Below the pieces are notes generated by a model that worked only from the letters and a program-made list of their open reading frames with translations, had not been told where the DNA came from and searched no databases. Of a stretch of 64,000 nucleotides of DNA, positions 9,862 through 19,669 are shown piece after piece. Made by a program: the position numbers and the translations under genes. Numbering within the stretch: position 1 is the stretch's first letter; each line of letters opens with the position of its first letter. The stretch is from an uncultured Chthonomonadaceae bacterium (GTDB lineage: Bacteria > Armatimonadota > Chthonomonadetes > Chthonomonadales > Chthonomonadaceae). The DNA lies in NCBI GenBank assembly GCA_963835065.1, contig CAWIEK010000044.1:96001-160000 (forward strand), in the 5' to 3' direction.

Positions 9862-10172
9862 AATGATTGATTGCCTTTGTATGCGTTCGAATAGAGTTGG
9901 ATGGGTTCTGTGAGGAGCGTGGAGCGTTCGGCGGAACGCGGGCAGACATACACGAGCCTGAACGATTATGCTGACAAAAGTATACCTTTAATGAACTACG
10001 AACAACGCCCTGGTAAAGTTTACCTTATGAGGGCATTGTCCGTGTTCCTGTCAAGCGCTTTTAACGTGACGATCAAAGAGGGGCGCGTGTTCCGTTGTTG
10101 GAGTGTTGGAAGGTGACAAACGCGAGAGGACTAAATGTTTGTGGGGAAGGCATACGCGGAATGTTTGCAGGG

Positions 10173-10721
10173 CTATTTGCGCGCGATTGCAGGCGTAGCG
10201 CGATACAGCGCCGCGCCTTTATACGTGAGAACGGCGTCCTGTTCCAGTTCCAGAAAATGGGTTTGTGGATTGATTTTGCCTGCCAATTTGTACTGCGCTT
10301 TGCCGATATGCAGGTCCAATCGGCTGTTGGGCAGAATCGCGTAGGTTCCGCTCCAGGCGACGGTGACGGTATGTCCGTCCGCGCTTTCCTGAACACTTGC
10401 CACGCTCAGGTCGGGAAACGGCATGGCGGTGGTTCCCGCCGCGCTTGCTGCAAGCAGCTGTGTTTCGCCCTGTACCGCCCCGTGCCCAAAGATCACTTTC
10501 TGCGACAGGACGCCCAACTCGACATTCGGCCCAATCGGGTCGCTGCCCACAGACTGCAATTCCCATTCGCCATCAATGCACTCGGCGGTCAGCGCGCTGT
10601 CCTTGCCGACCGTATGCGCTTTGGAAAGCCGCGCGCCCGCGAACACGCCCACCGCGCCCACAACCGCCAATCCCACCTGTACCCGTCCATTCCGCAAACG
10701 CGCTATTTCCATTCTTGCCAT
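10173..10721 (-). CDS. Hypothetical exported protein
   Basis: Basic plus hydrophobic N-terminus, beta-rich mature part (IDGEWEL). Confidence 0.6.
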   Translation of the reverse strand: MARMEIARLRNGRVQVGLAVVGAVGVFAGARLSKAHTVGKDSALTAECIDGEWELQSVGSDPIGPNVELGVLSQKVIFGHGAVQGETQLLAASAAGTTAMPFPDLSVASVQESADGHTVTVAWSGTYAILPNSRLDLHIGKAQYKLAGKINPQTHFLELEQDAVLTYKGAALYRATPAIARK

Positions 10722-10915
10722 ACCGTGCCATTCCCTTCGCCGCTGTTCTTAAACTGCCTCCCGTTATTATTGGCAAATCCCGGCTGATTTTTCACCATCG
10801 GCCTTAGCAGGAACAGGGCCGCGGAATGGCGAATATGAACGCAATCGGACACGTCCACTGCAACAAATTTCCCTTCATGAAGTTTTGTTTATCCATGCTT
10901 GTAGAAAGAGGCCAC

Positions 10916-11975
10916 ATGACGCAACAGCCAACACCGATAACGGATGCAGACGCAACCATAGATCATGACCGTTTGTTCAAGACGCTGCTGACCACGTTCT
11001 TTGTAGATTTCGTCGCGCTGTTCCTGCCCGAAGTGAGCGCGAGAATGGAGCCGGACAGTCTGGAGTTTCTGAGCCAGGAGATTTTCACCGACATCCATTC
11101 GGGTGAAAAGCACATTGTGGATGTTCTGGTCAAGGTGAGGCTGCAAGGCGAGGAAACGTGTCTGCTGATCCATGTAGAGAACCAGGCGTCTTCACAAGCG
11201 GAGTTCGCGCGGCGCATGTTCACGTTATTTTGCCCGTCTGCACGAGAAGTACGGCTTGCCCATCTACCCCGTCGCCGTGTTCTCTTTCGATGCGCCTAAA
11301 CGCGCTGAACCGAACAAGTACGTCATGAACGTTCCCGGCTTGCGCGTACTGGACTTCCGCTTCCGCGCCATTCAACTCAACCGGCTGCCGTGGCGGCGCT
11401 TTATGAAGCAGGCCAATCCGGTTGCCGTGGCCTTGATGACCAAAATGAAGATTGCGCCGAGCGACCAGAAGCGGGTAAAACTGCAATGCCTGCGCCTGCT
11501 GCTCACGCTCAAACTTGATCCGGCCAAGTCGGATTTGATTTTCCTGTTTATGGAAACGTATTTGAGACTGAATACAACCGATGAGCAATGGTATCAGCGC
11601 GCAGTAGATACGCTGAGTACAACCGAAAAGGAGCAAACGATGGAACTGATGAGCAGTGTGGGCCGCGAAGCCTGGCGCAAAGGCCTGGAGGAAGGACGCC
11701 AGGCCGGGCTGCAAACGGGCCTTCAGGAAGGACGACAAGTTGGCATTCAGGAAGGACGACAAGTTGGCATTCAGGAAGGACGACAGGAAGGACTTCAAGC
11801 GGGAGTAACGACTGTGGTATCACGTATACTGCAGCGCAAATTCGGTTCTGTGCCTCCTGCGCTGCTGCAGCGGGTTCAAACATTGTCCGTCGCAAACGCC
11901 GAAGCGTTGGCCGAAGAACTGCTTGGCAACATCACGCTTGCCGATGTGGAAGCATGGCTTGACCGCTTGCCGTGA
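10916..11975 (+). pseudogene. Rpn family PD-(D/E)xK nuclease with DUF4351-like tail, frameshift near 11222
   Basis: DHDRLFKTLL, DVLVKV, LIHVENQ. Removing one A gives RMFRYFARLHEKYGLPIYPV, joining ORF 11256-11975. (Q/E)EGR repeats and RKFG..P tail. Confidence 0.85.
11722..11792 (+). repeat. In-frame 24-bp tandem repeat encoding QEGRQVGI
   Basis: TTCAGGAAGGACGACAAGTTGGCA twice plus a partial third copy. Confidence 0.9.
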
Positions 11976-12032
11976 CAGCGATAGGAATGATATGCGCGTC
12001 TGGCAACGTGTGACAGTCCTGCGAAAAGTGAG

Positions 12033-13064
12033 CTACGCTCCATCCGTTTTTGCAGGGCTGTCGCGTTCGCCGGATTCAGCGGCAGGCCGAAGGAGTTCGG
12101 CGGGGGGCGTATTGGCAACTGTTTGACCGACCGGGCGCAGCAGTTCGCGGGGCGCGGCGATCTGCGCGGGGTTGGCCGTGCCGCGCAGCAGCGTAGCGCT
12201 TTGTTCGGCGCGGCGGGCGCGCGTTTGGAGGAACGGCAGGCATTGTTTCGCCTGCTCGCGCACCTGTGGATGCGGCGACAGGCTCAGGTTCTCAACGACG
12301 GGAATGGCGCGCGGATCGCCGATCTGTTCCAGGGCTTGCAGCGTGGCGATCTGCATGGCTGGCTCGGAGCGAAATGCGAGTTCCAGCAGCGCGGTCATTT
12401 GCGCAGGGGTGATTGCTGCCGCATGATCGGCGCGGACGCGCGGCAGCAGTTCCCGGAGCGCCTGATGCGCAGCCTGGCGCACGGCTGTTTCTCCATCGTG
12501 GGCGGCAACCGCAAGGACGCCGACAGCGCGCGGATCGCCCGCCTGTCGCAGTTCGCTGACGGTTTTACGGCGCTTGCCCATCGTTTGATCTGCCGCCCAT
12601 GCGCCGCCGCCAACGTACCACAGCCACCAATTTCCGGCCAAACGCCAGTGCGACGCCCAGAATAGAAACACCACAAACGCAGCGAACCCGGCAATTCGCA
12701 ACCGCCGCAGAATTTTGAACCTGCGGGCCTGAATCGTTTCCGCCATCAAGCGCTGCATAATATCTTCCACGCTCTGCTGTAGCTCTGCCGACTGTCGCTT
12801 TTGCGCTGCGCCTTTGTCCAACGCCGACAACACTTCCAGCGTAGCCATGCGCGCGTCAACGCGCGTTTTCGTGTCGGCGTTGTGCAGCGCGTCTATTACG
12901 GTCGGCGGTGTGGAGGAAGCGGAAGCAGTATTAGACTGAGCAATGGTGTTACGGGCTTGTTCCAGAGCCGAGGGTTGGGCTGCACTGTCATTTTCAGGGA
13001 AAGTCTCAACCATCGCCTGTGATTCGCTTTGATCTTGCGGGGCAGGGTTTACGTGAAGGTTCAT
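12033..13064 (-). CDS. Membrane-anchored HEAT-repeat protein
   Basis: Central hydrophobic segment, repeated GDPRA(V/I) HEAT-like units. Confidence 0.75.
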   Translation of the reverse strand: MNLHVNPAPQDQSESQAMVETFPENDSAAQPSALEQARNTIAQSNTASASSTPPTVIDALHNADTKTRVDARMATLEVLSALDKGAAQKRQSAELQQSVEDIMQRLMAETIQARRFKILRRLRIAGFAAFVVFLFWASHWRLAGNWWLWYVGGGAWAADQTMGKRRKTVSELRQAGDPRAVGVLAVAAHDGETAVRQAAHQALRELLPRVRADHAAAITPAQMTALLELAFRSEPAMQIATLQALEQIGDPRAIPVVENLSLSPHPQVREQAKQCLPFLQTRARRAEQSATLLRGTANPAQIAAPRELLRPVGQTVANTPPAELLRPAAESGERDSPAKTDGA

Positions 13065-13094
13065 GGCGATTAGAGCGGATTGGGAGCAAAGACA

Positions 13095-13128
13095 ATAACG
13101 GCAAAGACTTTTCGGTCTTTGCCGTTAT
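13095..13128. terminator. Perfect 14-bp hairpin (terminator or operator)
   Basis: ATAACGGCAAAGAC-TTTTCG-GTCTTTGCCGTTAT. Confidence 0.55.
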
Positions 13129-13261
13129 AATCATAATCATCGCGGGATAGCGAACTGCGTAATCTATCACGCGACAAACATTGTAATGCAAGCGCTGAAC
13201 ATCAACGAGCAGGCAAGCGCAGGAACCAACATCATTCTATAGCGCGTATCCGCCCAAAATT

Positions 13262-13435
13262 TCAGGCAGCCACCAACACCGGCTCCGCTTCCACTTCCGA
13301 GGGCGTGTATCCCAATTCGGCGAGAATATCGTTGGGGTCGGTTTCGAGCAGTTCCGCAACGGCGCGAACGAAGTCGAGCGACGGGCCTGCCGTCAATGTT
13401 TCGGCGCTTTGCCATTCCATCTGATTGGTTTCCAT
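13262..13435 (-). CDS. Small acidic hypothetical protein (57 aa)
   Basis: SD GAGGTAGG before ATG 13435; helical VRAVAELLETDPNDILAELGY. Confidence 0.6.
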   Translation of the reverse strand: METNQMEWQSAETLTAGPSLDFVRAVAELLETDPNDILAELGYTPSEVEAEPVLVAA

Positions 13436-13640
13436 GATCCTACCTCGCTTATTCGGGACAGCACCTCGTTGTTCTGTCCGGCTGAATTGTATTCGGCGCA
13501 GCCACGCGATAATAGCGTCTTGCTGCATCCCGCGTTAGTATAACATACGCGGTGAAGCAAATCAAGCGAATCTGGCCGTGAAGGTATCTTTTTTGCGCAG
13601 ATTTTATATGCAAAGCCGAGTAGAAGCCTGTAGTTGCGGT

Positions 13641-13898
13641 TCAGCGCCCGCTTTGACCGGGGCCGGGAGCCGAAACCGGCCCGCCCGCGCCCGTACTCAT
13701 CCGCTGCGTACTGCTGCCGGTTTGAACGACGCCCTGCCCCTGTGTGCTGCGAGTGCCCACGCCCGTACCGCCCGAACCCTGCGCCGCCGTACCCATTGAA
13801 CCGGCTTCGGGGTCTACGCTTTCCGAACTGCGGCAGCCCGCCAATCCCGGCGCCATCAATAACGCGCTCAACACTATGTAACGTGTACCCAACTTCAT
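13641..13898 (-). CDS. Small lipoprotein
   Basis: SD AAGGAG, signal peptide with LAGC lipobox, G/S/T-rich tail. Confidence 0.65.
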   Translation of the reverse strand: MKLGTRYIVLSALLMAPGLAGCRSSESVDPEAGSMGTAAQGSGGTGVGTRSTQGQGVVQTGSSTQRMSTGAGGPVSAPGPGQSGR

Positions 13899-13910
13899 GT
13901 TTGTGACTCC

Positions 13911-14243
13911 TTACTGCCAGTTATCGGTATTCTCTTCTTTCGCGCTTTCGCCGGGCATGGCAAAATTGCGGGCGGCTTCGTGGGGCGTGAGCAGCAGGCA
14001 ATACGTCATGTGCAGCATTTCGGTTTTCGGCACGGGATCAAAGACAGGGTAGAAAAACGCTTCCCGTTCCAGACCGTCCTTGCCCTCAAACAAGCGCGAT
14101 ACCACTTTCATATCAATTTTATTGTCGCCGCGTAGGGTCGTGGACACCAGCGCATCAGGATCGTGGAGGCCCCACTCTTCGCGCACCAGTGTTTCCAGCC
14201 TCAATCGCAACGCCTCTACATCCACACTGCTCTCATCACGCAA
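13911..14243 (-). CDS. Hypothetical protein, possibly BolA-like
   Basis: TTG 14243 after GAGG. VVSRLFEG...LER and LLTPHE pattern. Confidence 0.5.
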   Translation of the reverse strand: MRDESSVDVEALRLRLETLVREEWGLHDPDALVSTTLRGDNKIDMKVVSRLFEGKDGLEREAFFYPVFDPVPKTEMLHMTYCLLLTPHEAARNFAMPGESAKEENTDNWQ

Positions 14244-14362
14244 TCCCTCACCCGCAGCCTTCCCTCTTACCAACCACCAATCACCCGTTACTAACCACCA
14301 CTCCCGGCATTGTAGCCGTTTTGACAGAACGATTGCAACCCCGGCCAAACGGTTCGAGACGC

Positions 14363-15133
14363 TTACTGCTTGTGATGAACTTCGCGGCACAATCCCTTTT
14401 GCGAAAGGCAGCGGCGGCAGTTGCGCTGTCGGCGGATCGCGTCCACTACCGTTATGCCAGCCGCCACGCCGAAGTTGATCCAGCGTAGAGAAGCGGGAAG
14501 CGGCAGCAGGGAAGGTGTCAGCAGCAGGCCAAACAGCAGATTATTGGTGGCGTAACTGCCCGCCTTATCCCAGAAGCAATGCCTGCGCAATGCCTGCGTG
14601 AACCGAACGGTTTGAACGCCCGCGCCTGTGAGCAGCAGAGCAAACAGCGCGAACAAATGCGAATGATATACGGCAAAAGCAGCGCTTCCAAGCAGTAACA
14701 CCCAACTCGCAAGCGCAAAGCGAAGATAGCGCAGCCGCGCCGCGCGGTTGAAGTCGGGGGCGCAGTCGAAGCCGTCGCGGGGCGGGGCGCAGCCGGCAAT
14801 CACGCGGCGGTTATAAGTGACAAGTTGATAAAAGGCATACACCAGCGCGCGGAAGGGCGCGTTGCGAAACAGGGGCGTGAAAATGGGAAAGCGGTGTCCG
14901 ATGAGCAGGAACAGGGCGTCCATGCCATACGTCACTTCGCCCGTTTGCGTGTCGAGCAGGGGGATTTCGTGCCGCGCCCGCTTCAAGTCTAACCGCTGCA
15001 TCGTGTCCGCGTTTGCGCGGGCCATGCCGACGCGATGATCGGGCGTCAATATGCCCATGCGAACAAATCCCTGCGTGTACACCTTGCACATCGGGCAACT
15101 GTCGTCATACAGAATAACCTTGTTTGTCAACAT
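14363..15133 (-). CDS. DCC-family thiol-disulfide oxidoreductase domain with C-terminal TM helices
   Basis: ILYDDSCPMC, YNRRVI, SD AAGGAG. Confidence 0.75.
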   Translation of the reverse strand: MLTNKVILYDDSCPMCKVYTQGFVRMGILTPDHRVGMARANADTMQRLDLKRARHEIPLLDTQTGEVTYGMDALFLLIGHRFPIFTPLFRNAPFRALVYAFYQLVTYNRRVIAGCAPPRDGFDCAPDFNRAARLRYLRFALASWVLLLGSAAFAVYHSHLFALFALLLTGAGVQTVRFTQALRRHCFWDKAGSYATNNLLFGLLLTPSLLPLPASLRWINFGVAAGITVVDAIRRQRNCRRCLSQKGLCREVHHKQ

Positions 15134-15204
15134 CCGCGTTCTCCTTCCGAACCGCTTCGTTGCCGCACTTGCCTCTTGCTTTCAACAAAATGACCACAAA
15201 ATGA

Positions 15205-15259
15205 CCGAGTTGTGAACGACCCGTCTACAGGGCGTTCCGCCAGCCGGTCTGCGACCGGA
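15205..15259. repeat. 55-bp structured motif, copy 1 (copy 2 at 48658-48712)
   Basis: 48/55 identical between copies; hairpin CCGGTC-TGC-GACCGG. Confidence 0.85.
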
Positions 15260-15433
15260 ATACGTGATTGTTGAAAGTTCCTGCGGCGTGAAAACAAGTT
15301 TTCGCCGCTTATTCTTTATGTACGCGCCAGTCTGTGCAAAGTTTCACAAACTTTTGTTTAGTATCGCTCCTGCTGCTTCTTCCTTTTCCTAAGCATTGCG
15401 CCAATTACTCCTCAAGCCTGCCGGAAGGAACAA

Positions 15434-15640
15434 TCAGGCGGGAACGGGAAACCCTGCCCGTTCAAGCGCGGCTATTAGCGCATCACGGGAAACGTTCGCC
15501 TCATGCGTGACCGTTACATTTTTGGTGGCAATGTCCACGTTGACACTCTGGATGCCGGGCAAAGCGCCCACTGCCTTCTTGATAGCATTAGCGCAGCCGT
15601 CACACATTATATCGGGCGCGGAAACAGTGGTTGTCTGCAT
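15434..15640 (-). CDS. Heavy-metal-associated (CopZ-like) chaperone
   Basis: 68 aa with IMCDGCA motif, SD AAGGAG. Confidence 0.9.
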   Translation of the reverse strand: MQTTTVSAPDIMCDGCANAIKKAVGALPGIQSVNVDIATKNVTVTHEANVSRDALIAALERAGFPVPA

Positions 15641-15694
15641 GGTATTCTCCTTATGATGGTTTAGCAGGCCGGCACACTTACGCGACAAAGCGAC

Positions 15695-16123
15695 ATGGAA
15701 CCTGAAATTACTTACACGCAAAGTCTGGATGATGTGGATTGGGACGCGCTGAAAGCCGCCCTGCGCGCCGACGACTTCGACAACGGGCGCACTCCGACGC
15801 AACTGCGTCAATCGTTTGCCAACAGCCATAGTTTTTGTTTTGCCTGGGCCGGCGGGCGCATCATCGGCAAAGCGCGTATTTTGTCGGACGGGGTGTGCAA
15901 CGCCTATCTTGTAGACGTATGGACACAAAGCGCGTTCCGCAAACGCGGCATCGCCACACAAATGATTACCCGCCTCCTCAAAGACCTGCCGGGACAGCAT
16001 GTGTACCTGCAATCAGATGAAGGCACACTATCGTTTTACCACAAACTCGGCTTTCATTCGCAGCCGCAGGGACTTTCTATTGTTGTCGGACACTGGCTCG
16101 ACAACACGCCCATAGACGAATAA
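15695..16123 (+). CDS. GNAT N-acetyltransferase
   Basis: FRKRGIA motif A, FYHKLGF. Confidence 0.9.
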   Translation: MEPEITYTQSLDDVDWDALKAALRADDFDNGRTPTQLRQSFANSHSFCFAWAGGRIIGKARILSDGVCNAYLVDVWTQSAFRKRGIATQMITRLLKDLPGQHVYLQSDEGTLSFYHKLGFHSQPQGLSIVVGHWLDNTPIDE

Positions 16124-16389
16124 TACCGCATCAGGTGTTTGGGGGTTCGGGTGTTCGGGTGTTTTACTGCGCGAAAAGGATGGAGTGTTGATAGTCGCGC
16201 TGTTTGATGCTTACGTAGGCCGTTGTATATAATTATACGACTATAGCCATTTGTTGACGTTTGAGCGGAACCCTGCGTTGTAAATCCTGTAATTAAGGGC
16301 AGCGGCTGCCGATTCATTTGTTCCTGTAAGCAAGGAATGTGGAAGGCGGCGGGCGGCATACGCAACACAGGGAGACACAACAAAACATC

Positions 16390-17286
16390 ATGGCACATGG
16401 CGATTTGAAGGGCAAAGTGGTTGTGATAACCGGCGCGTCCAGCGGGTTCGGCAAGGGAACCGCGCTGCAATTGGCCGGGGGCGGAGCGTATCTGGTTCTG
16501 GCGGCGCGGCGCGACAACCTGCTGGAAGAACTGGCGCAGCAATGCCAGGCGCAGGGTGGGCAGGCGATTGCGGTTCATACGGATGTCAGCAAGCCGGAAG
16601 ACGTGCAGCAATTGGCGCAGACTGCTGTTTCCACTTACGGGCGCATTGACGTGTGGATCAACGATGCGGGCGGCGGCGCGATTGGCCGCTTCGAGGAAGT
16701 TCCGCTTGAAAAGCATAGACAGGTCATTGAAACCGATCTGCTCGGCACGATTTACGGCAGCTATGTCGCCATGCGGCAGTTTCATCAGCAGGGCAGCGGC
16801 ATCCTGATCAATATAGCCTCGGTAATCGGCAAGGTTCCCGCGCCGTATTTCGCTTCGTATGCCGCCGCCAAGCATGGCGTTGTCGGCCTGAGCGCCGCCT
16901 TGCGGCAGGAATTGGACATCAATAAAATCGAGGGCATCCGCGTCTGCACGGTCATGCCGACTTCGATGGACACGCCGTTTTTTGAACACGCGGCGGATTA
17001 TACCGGGCATCAGGTGGTTCCCATTCCGCCCGTGTATGAGCCGGAGCAGGTTATCAACGCGCTGGTCAGCCTTGTCACCGATCCCAAAGACGAGGTTGCG
17101 GTAGGCGGCGCGGGGGGACCCGGCTTTACCATCATGCATAATCTGTTCCCCGGCCTGACCGAACACATGATGGCGAAAGTAACCCACAAGTCGCTTCAGG
17201 ACGCCGCGCCTCACGAGGATACGGGCGGCAGCATTGCCCAGCCCATGACTTCGGGTACAGAAGTCGGCGGCGGCTGGAAGCAGTAG
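16390..17286 (+). CDS. Short-chain dehydrogenase/reductase
   Basis: TGASSGFG, YAAAK catalytic motif. Confidence 0.92.
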   Translation: MAHGDLKGKVVVITGASSGFGKGTALQLAGGGAYLVLAARRDNLLEELAQQCQAQGGQAIAVHTDVSKPEDVQQLAQTAVSTYGRIDVWINDAGGGAIGRFEEVPLEKHRQVIETDLLGTIYGSYVAMRQFHQQGSGILINIASVIGKVPAPYFASYAAAKHGVVGLSAALRQELDINKIEGIRVCTVMPTSMDTPFFEHAADYTGHQVVPIPPVYEPEQVINALVSLVTDPKDEVAVGGAGGPGFTIMHNLFPGLTEHMMAKVTHKSLQDAAPHEDTGGSIAQPMTSGTEVGGGWKQ

Positions 17287-17398
17287 ACGCGCAAGCGGTT
17301 AAGCCTCTAACACACGAATACTCAGCGGCGTCAATGCGCTTGAGTTCCTCGTCCGTAAAGACAAGATTATTCAGTCCCGCAACGTTTACTTCAATACG

Positions 17399-17453
17399 CT
17401 GGAACAAGCAAGCCACCCTGCCGTCAACATGCGGCAGGGTGGCTTGTTCCAGC
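17399..17453. terminator. Long hairpin between convergent genes
   Basis: GCTGGAACAAGC..CCACCCTGCCG pairs with CGGCAGGGTGGCTTGTTCCAGC. Confidence 0.6.
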
Positions 17454-17463
17454 ATCCGTCGGC

Positions 17464-17769
17464 CTAATACTCTTCGCCGCCCTCGTCGTTGCCCTCGTCG
17501 AATTCGGGTTCTTCCTCTTCTTCGAGCGGAACCTCGGACACGCCTAACTCTTTCAGGTCGTCCAGATCGGTTCCTGACGACAGGCTGCGGCGCTCCGGCT
17601 CGGCTTCCAAAAGGCCCATAGGCGTGGGATGCTTCTGCCGCGCCTCATCACTGACAAACCGCACTTTGATACCGGCCATCCACATGGGAATTTTGGGCAT
17701 CGGCTTGCCCGTTTCCGAACAAACCACTTCCTGTACAATGTCATCCGCTTTCCGCATAATACTAAACAC
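17464..17769 (-). CDS. Hypothetical protein with acidic C-terminus
   Basis: Clean ORF; CSETGKPMP and E/D-rich tail. Confidence 0.65.
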   Translation of the reverse strand: MFSIMRKADDIVQEVVCSETGKPMPKIPMWMAGIKVRFVSDEARQKHPTPMGLLEAEPERRSLSSGTDLDDLKELGVSEVPLEEEEEPEFDEGNDEGGEEY

Positions 17770-17883
17770 TCCATCCTAAAATCAGCCGTTCCCATGCGAT
17801 ACGCTGTATCACGCGAGAACGGCAAATACAATACCCGTTGGCAGGTCTATTGATATTCTCTTACGTCGGCAGGGAACACTGCG

Positions 17884-18147
17884 TTAGCCTGCATCGGTGG
17901 CGGATACGTTTTCGGTATCCGTGTTCTGCGGCTTCTGCGCGCGCTCGGCGGGCGGCGGCGCGATGCGGATAGACACCACGCCGTTGATAAGCATCAGAAT
18001 ACCGGCCCCAAGATAGACGAGTGATAAGTGATCTTGTGGCGACTGACCGGGTTCCATGAGAAAATGATCGTGCGTGGCAAATCCGGCAAGGCTGACAAGA
18101 ATCAGTATCAGCCCAATGATAATAAACATATTCAGGTAACGCAGCAT
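17884..18147 (-). CDS. Small two-TM membrane protein
   Basis: SD GAGGAG, two hydrophobic helices. Confidence 0.7.
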   Translation of the reverse strand: MLRYLNMFIIIGLILILVSLAGFATHDHFLMEPGQSPQDHLSLVYLGAGILMLINGVVSIRIAPPPAERAQKPQNTDTENVSATDAG

Positions 18148-18218
18148 AACCGCTCCTCGCCCACAGGCGCGCGAATAGGTTCCATCTTTTCACGATGGTA
18201 TCTATCATTATACCCCAG

Positions 18219-18497
18219 GTTAGGGTTTTAGGTTTCTAGGGTTTGTAGGGTTTTAGAGTCAATACCGTTCAAATAAGCGTTGGTAGGGACACAACTTGTT
18301 GTGTCCTCTTGCGGTCGTTGTGTCCTCTTCCGGTAGATGAGAGCGCGGACACAACAAGTTGTGTCCCTACAATGTTCTTTTTGAGGTGAAAAGTGCCTTA
18401 TTTGAACGGTATTGTTTTTAGGGTTTTAGGGTTTTAGCGAGTGAAGGCGTAATGACGTGCCCCTAAAACCTTAGAAACCTAAAACCCTACAAACCTA
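18219..18497. repeat. Nested repeat: TAGGGTTT-like inverted arrays interrupted by a MITE/REP doublet (18260-18414)
   Basis: Terminal IR CAATACCGTTCAAATAAG / CTTATTTGAACGGTATTG; inner GTAGGGACACAACTTGTTGTGTCC and its reverse complement. Confidence 0.85.
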
Positions 18498-19669
18498 CGT
18501 TGGACGCGCGGGCCGAGACGGGTTAGAAGTTCATAGACGATGGTTTGCGCGGATTGGGCGGCGTGTTCGGGACGCAGGGAACAGCCGTTGTAATAGCCAT
18601 AAAGAAGCGCGTCCATGCCAACTTCGGCTTCGGGAATGTCGGTGACATTAACCATCATCGAGTCCATCGAAATGCGCCCGCAAATGGGCGCTTGCTGTCC
18701 GTTGATGAGGACATAACCCTGATTGGACAGGCTGGCCGGGATGCCGTCATGGTAGCCGATGGGCAGAACGGCTTTGCGAAAACCATTGCGCGGAACCGTA
18801 AACGTGCCGTTGTAGCCGATACGGTCGCCTTTGCAATGGGTTTGCAGCGCGGCGATACGGCTTACAAGCGCAACAGCGGGAACAAGCGGCAGGGCGCAAT
18901 GGACGGCGGGCGAGGGATACAGCCCGAACAAGCCAAGCCCGATACGAACCATGTCATAACGCGCTTCAGGAAAGCGAATCGCGCCCGAAGTCGCCGCCGC
19001 ATGAATCAGCAAGGAGGAACGGCCATCAAGGGAGGAACGCTTTGCCGGCGAGGAATGGTCAGCAAAGGCAGAACTTTTTGGGATGTTGGCAGCGCTAAGA
19101 GATTGTTCAAAGCAGGCTATCTGTCGGCGCGTAAATTCATCGGCGTCGGGGTCTTCGGCGGAAGCGAAGTGGGTCAAAATGCCTTCGACGTGGAGACAGC
19201 CGGATTTTTGAAGCGTGTGGAGCAGGGTCGGCAGTTCACCGGGCGCAATGCCCAATCGTCCCAAACCGGTATCTATTTCGATATGCGCGTTCAGTTCGCG
19301 CCCTTTCTGCCGCAATTGCGTTTCAAGCGTACAGGCAAGCGCAACCGAGTAGAGAACAGGCGTGAGATTGAAATGCAGCAGCTTGTCTGTTTCATCAGGA
19401 GCGCACTGCATGACGAGAATGGGCAGGCGAACCCCGGCTTCGCGCAGACTTGTGCCCTCGTCCGCGCTCGACACCCCAAAATAATCTACGCCCATGTCCT
19501 GAAGATGCAGGCTCAGGCGCGTGGCATCGCTGCCATACGCAAGCGCTTTCACCATTGCCAGCAGGCGGACATGCGGCCCGATAAAGGCACGAATCCGGCT
19601 GACATTGGCTTGTACGGCGTCAACGTTGACATAAAAGCGGTTTGAAGATTCGGCTTCTGGCAACGTCAA
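18479..19669 (-). CDS. alr: Alanine racemase
   Basis: AMVKALAYG PLP lysine, IDTGLGRLG, THFASA, IGYHDG, GRISMD. Confidence 0.93.
   Translation of the reverse strand: MTLPEAESSNRFYVNVDAVQANVSRIRAFIGPHVRLLAMVKALAYGSDATRLSLHLQDMGVDYFGVSSADEGTSLREAGVRLPILVMQCAPDETDKLLHFNLTPVLYSVALACTLETQLRQKGRELNAHIEIDTGLGRLGIAPGELPTLLHTLQKSGCLHVEGILTHFASAEDPDADEFTRRQIACFEQSLSAANIPKSSAFADHSSPAKRSSLDGRSSLLIHAAATSGAIRFPEARYDMVRIGLGLFGLYPSPAVHCALPLVPAVALVSRIAALQTHCKGDRIGYNGTFTVPRNGFRKAVLPIGYHDGIPASLSNQGYVLINGQQAPICGRISMDSMMVNVTDIPEAEVGMDALLYGYYNGCSLRPEHAAQSAQTIVYELLTRLGPRVQRRFVGF

Noticed and set aside
18219..18497. Telomere-like TTTTAGGG repeats as eukaryotic contamination
   Set aside because: The units are degenerate, arranged as inverted arms like the other repeat elements, and overlap a bacterial alr gene.
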